Below, one piece after another: positions 28,865 to 64,000 of a DNA stretch of 64,000 nucleotides (position 1 is the first letter of the stretch; each line of letters starts with the position of its first letter). Source of the DNA: Octopus sinensis. Lineage: Eukaryota. The notes under the pieces were generated by a model. The model had not been told where the DNA came from. It worked only from the letters and a program-made list of their open reading frames with translations, and did not search any database. Both the position numbers and the translations under genes were made by a program. The stretch lies in the NCBI RefSeq assembly GCF_006345805.1, contig NC_043020.1, positions 1,798,001-1,862,000 on the forward strand, written 5' to 3'.

Positions 28865-29035
28865 AAGTATCTTTTCTACTTCTAGGCACAATGCCTAAAA
28901 TTTTTGGGGAGGGGGGCAGTTGATTAGATCGATCCTCAGTACGCAACTGGTACTTAATTTATCGACCCCGAAAGGATGAAAGATAAAGTCGACCTCGGTG
29001 GAATTTGAATTCCATTTCGTCGCCGCCTTATATAT

Positions 29036-29231
29036 ATATTTAAAGTATAATTATAAATATACAATTATAATTAAGTGCGCTGGGGGTGGTGGAGCTTGAA
29101 ATAGACGTCGAACGACTACAAACCACTTAAGCTAGCACTTGTAGTCGTTTGACGTCTATTTCAAGCTTATAGGCGCTGTCGCTCCAGCGCCCTTAATTAT
29201 AATTATATATTTATAATTATACTTTAAATAT
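29036..29231. repeat. Nested foldback (outer arms about 48 bp, inner arms 29 bp)
   Basis: 29036-29083 vs 29184-29231 (2 mismatches); 29093-29121 vs 29139-29167 (1 mismatch). Confidence 0.9.
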
Positions 29232-29460
29232 TAATTTAAGCCATATGGTATTTTGTACGATGGCCACCGATAAATCACTAATTAATGACTTTACCCTAAT
29301 CATGTGTAAATATACATTTATTCACTCCACAAACATATTTATTGTGGTTATTATTCTAAATACGCACATGCCTGAAATGCACGATGGAGTTTTACTTTGT
29401 ATACATGTGTAGAATATGTGTATATATTCGTACTTGTACGGGTGCATCCCTAAGAGTATA

Positions 29461-29869
29461 TTACTCTTTACTCTTTACTCTTTACTCTTTTACTTGTTTC
29501 AGTCATTTTACTGCGGCCATGCTGGAGCACCGCCTTTAGTCGAGCAAATCGACCCCGGGACTTATTCTTTGTAAGCCCAGTACTTATTCTATCGGTCTCT
29601 TCTGCCGAACCGCTAGGTTACGGGGACGTAAACACCAGCATCGGTTGTCAAGCAATGCTAGGGGGACAAACACACAAACACACACATACACATATATACA
29701 TATATACGACAGGCTTCTTTCAGTTTCCGTCTACCAAATCCACTCAGAAGGCATTGGTCGGCCCGGGGCTATAGTAGAAGACACTTGCCCAAGATGCCAC
29801 GCAGTGGTACTGAACCCAGAACCATGTGGTTGGTTAGCAAGCTACTTACCACACAGCCACTCCTACGCC
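29461..29869 (-). mobile_element. SINE family A, full length
   Basis: Reverse of 6936-7350. Confidence 0.9.
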
Positions 29870-30196
29870 TATATATGTATTTCTCATTTATTTACGGCCA
29901 GTGTATCCTACTGAAGATTGTAAAGCTATTTTAATATAGCAAAACATGAATTCTTAAGATAGAGGGTTGTCCACAATATTTTATAGATCCTTCCGTCCAT
30001 TTTACTCACATAAAACCTTGTGATAAACGGAGTGTAAACTTAAGTAGGTTGTAGTCATTTGCCCTCTATTTCAAACGTACAGGCTCTGTCCATCCAGCCC
30101 CCTTAATTATAATTATAATTTAAATATTAATTTAACCCATATGACTTTCGCACACTGGCCACTCATAAAGCATTAATTAATTACTTTTTCCTAATT

Positions 30197-30770
30197 ATGT
30201 GTGTATGTATGTATATATGTGTGGATATATATGTCTATATCTGTGTGTGTGTGTGTCTGTGTGTCTATGTCTGTCTATGTGTGTCTGTGTCTCTATGTCT
30301 GCTTATGTCTGTCTGTGTTTCTATATCTGTCTATGTGTGTGTGTGTGTGTGTGTGTCTGTTTGTGTGTGTATGTCTGTGTATGTATGTCAGTCTACGTTT
30401 GTCTGTGTGTCTGTCTATGTCTATGTCTGTCTGTATGTCTATGTTTGTCTGTGTGTCTATATCTGTCTATGTCTGTCTGTGTGTGTCTGTGTGTGTGTGT
30501 GTCTGTTTGTGTGTGTATGTCTGTGTGTGTGTGTGTGTATGTCTGCCCTTGTCTGTCTATGTGTGTATGTTAGTCTATGTCTGTGTGTCTGTCTATGTCT
30601 GTCTGTCTGAGCCTCTCTGTGTGTCTGTCTGTGTGTCTATGTTTGTCTGTGTGTGTCTATGTCCCTCTGTGTCTGTCTCTGTCTCTGTTTGTGTGTGTAT
30701 GTCTGTCTGTATGTCTATGTCTGTCTGTATGTCTATGTCTGTATATGTATGTCTGTGTCTGTTTATGTAA
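30197..30770. repeat. Degenerate TGTCTR/TGTGTG low-complexity tract
   Basis: Direct reading; explains several spurious Cys/Val ORFs. Confidence 0.9.
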
Positions 30771-31000
30771 GTACAGCTATCCAAATAAGTAACCAAATAC
30801 ATCGATATGAAACTCTGACGTTTCTTTATTCTCCGTATTCAGTCCGAAACGACCATCGTACAGTTTTTCCTCTTTCAAAATGTGTATGTGTATGCATGTG
30901 TGTGTATGTTTCTGTATGTAAGCCATCATCTAATATTCCCGAGTCATTGTTATAGTTCTTAGCATTATCGTTATTACAATTATTTTATTTCTCTTTCTTG

Positions 31001-61980
<30,980 letters not shown>

Positions 61981-62164
61981 CTACAAAATAAAATCAAATT
62001 AATGAGAATAGAAAGAAAACGGAGCAAGTATAAAACAATACAAGTGTTAATAAGGATTACAGATTTTAGCACATCGACAGCGATTTTGAGGAGAGGGGTT
62101 ACGTCTATTACATCGACCTTAGTGCTCAACTGGCATTTGTTTACCACAGATTTGCTTGTCATTT

Positions 62165-62440
62165 GCTTGACCTTGACTGGTTGAGTATATCCCTTAGTGG
62201 CTGACAATATGTGCATTTCTGATCATGAGCAGAAGTAGTGGGGGAGCATCATAGCCGTGTGTTGAAAGGAATTCTTTGGGATTTGAATAATTCACCTTTG
62301 GAAACATGGGTGGTTCGTTCAATATCCTTAAACAACCCTTATTCAGGGACCTATTGAGCGGGATGGGTTACTCGGGCAGAAGAAAATTCTTACTGGGCCC
62401 CACCTACAAGGTCATGTGCTGTTTATTTTCATATGAAATC
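62165..62440. mobile_element. Unclassified interspersed repeat
   Basis: CCCTTAGTGGCTGACAATA..GAGCA..GCATCATAGCC shared with about 35640-35715. Confidence 0.55.
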
Positions 62441-62700
62441 ACCACAATTTGTGTCTGTGAATATATTCCATCTTAGGCAGGACTGAGCAGCCAGAGACAA
62501 TATGATTTATTGTCTTTTGTTCATCATCACATATTCTGCAGTTACTTGTATTTGTTTTCATTATGCGTTTTTGGCGATTTCTTGTGGGAAGGTTTTGATC
62601 TTTTGCTGCAATTAAAAATCCTTCAGTCTCTGCTTTGAGTCTCGAGCTTCTTAACAATTGTTGGGATTTTGCTTTGTTTGAAAGAAGAATCAACAAAAAG
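62440..62700 (-). mobile_element. R4/Dong-like (RLE-type) LINE fragment, CCHC finger region
   Basis: LKAETEGFLIAAKDQNLPTRN..CRICDDEQKTINHIVSGCSVLPKMEYIHRH. Confidence 0.8.
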
Positions 62701-63032
62701 AGTACTCCATCCAGTGAGAGATAAATATTTAATGAATGCTGTATTTTATAATGTTACTGAAATCTTTCTAACCACGTCTCTATAGCAAAACACAATGCGT
62801 AGTTCTTATTTTAATATTGCTTTCATTAAATTATATATATGTATATATTTATGCAGGTCATATGCTGCTTTAATATTATATTTTTATTTATTCCATTACA
62901 TGTTTATAAATTATATATATTTTTTATTCTCTCAATTTTAATCATCATCTCTGACATTGTTTTGTTTTATTAAAATATTCTCATTTCAAATGCATTATTT
63001 GTATTAAAATGTGATGGCAACTTTTTGTCTGC

Positions 63033-63091
<59 letters not shown>

Positions 63092-63102
63092 ATATCTATC
63101 TA

Positions 63103-63141
<39 letters not shown>

Positions 63142-63181
63142 ATATTATATATATTATATATATATTATATATAATAATATC

Positions 63182-63232
<51 letters not shown>

Positions 63233-63649
63233 TTGTATGTATGTATATACATAGATGCATATATGTGTACGTATATACGTATGAATGCACATATCTATAT
63301 CTACACACACACACACACACATATCTACATAATAATACATAGGCGTGTGTGCAGTATGTGCATGGTTGTGTTTTTATGCATACGTGTGTGCGTATGTGGT
63401 GGGGTAATTTGATTTACGGTGACAAGTTACAAAGCCGATTTCCGAATGCAAACATTTATCGTATTCCCATATTAACTGATAAAAATTCTATTCAATCCCA
63501 TACAGGAAGACATGAAATTCAAAACTAAATATACGAAACGAAATTTACAGCCTCGTATCTCTAACACAAAAAACGTAGAAATTTGACACATGGAAAGCAT
63601 ATATGCAAATACACAGTTTACCAACACCACCCCTGTAGACCTCTTCTCA

Positions 63650-63967
63650 TACGACCCAGCCGCATTTGCTCGCCATAGACTAACTACGACCCAGCCGCAT
63701 TTGCTCGCCATAGACTAACTACGACCCAGCCGCATTTGCTCGCCATAGACTAACTACGACCCAGCCGCATTTGCTCGCCATAGACTAACTACGACCCAGC
63801 CGCATTTGCTCGTAGTTAGACTAACTACGACCCAGCCGCATTTGCTCGCCATAGACTAACTACGACCCAGCCGCATTTGCTCGCCATAGACTAACTACGA
63901 CCCAGCCGCATTTGCTCGCCATAGACTAACTACGACCCAGCTGCATTTGCTCGCCATAGACTAACTA
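63650..63967. repeat. 35-bp tandem repeat, about 9 copies (GACTAACTACGACCCAGCCGCATTTGCTCGCCATA)
   Basis: Contiguous near-identical units with no spacers. Confidence 0.95.
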
Positions 63968-64000
63968 TGCATATTCTGCCGCCTCTTCTATAAATAGCAG

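Noticed and set aside
30197-30955. Long Cys/Val/Tyr/Ile-rich ORFs in the track (also 5940-6437, 24184-24582, 31818-32843, 44871-45386 and similar)
   Set aside because: They are translations of TA, TG, TATC and TACA microsatellites, which lack stop codons.
63530-63605. MLSMCQISTFFVLEIRG as the signal-peptide exon of the cadherin gene
   Set aside because: Weak hydrophobic core with charged residues and a weak donor; the true first exon may lie beyond the window.
63650-63967. 35-bp repeats as a CRISPR array
   Set aside because: Units are contiguous with no unique spacers, there are no cas genes, and the context is eukaryotic.

Overview
AT-rich, microsatellite-dense eukaryotic DNA. Its SINE repertoire, (TA)n/(GATA)n/(TACA)n load and TTAGGG-type repeats look like a cephalopod (Octopus-like) genome; this is inferred, not database-checked. 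Nearly all ORFs in the supplied track are simple-repeat artefacts. Manual reading of the minus strand recovers a 12-exon, phase-consistent model (about 61980 down to 31001) for a short single-pass cadherin-related protein with three cadherin repeats, a Pro-rich stalk and a TM helix. One exon (52787-52884) has an apparent 1-bp deletion, and no signal-peptide exon was found. The remainder is transposon-derived: RTE, Tx1, R4-like and Penelope-like retroelement relics, several mariner/maT relics, two non-autonomous Helitrons, a TIR element with an 8-bp TSD carrying telomeric repeats, several tRNA-headed SINE families and foldback palindromes. The strongest leads are Tx1 copies embedded in (GATA)n, a five-copy family with a covarying minimal hammerhead-like motif, the cadherin model with its frameshift, and a palindrome-perfecting mutation in a 35-bp tandem array.
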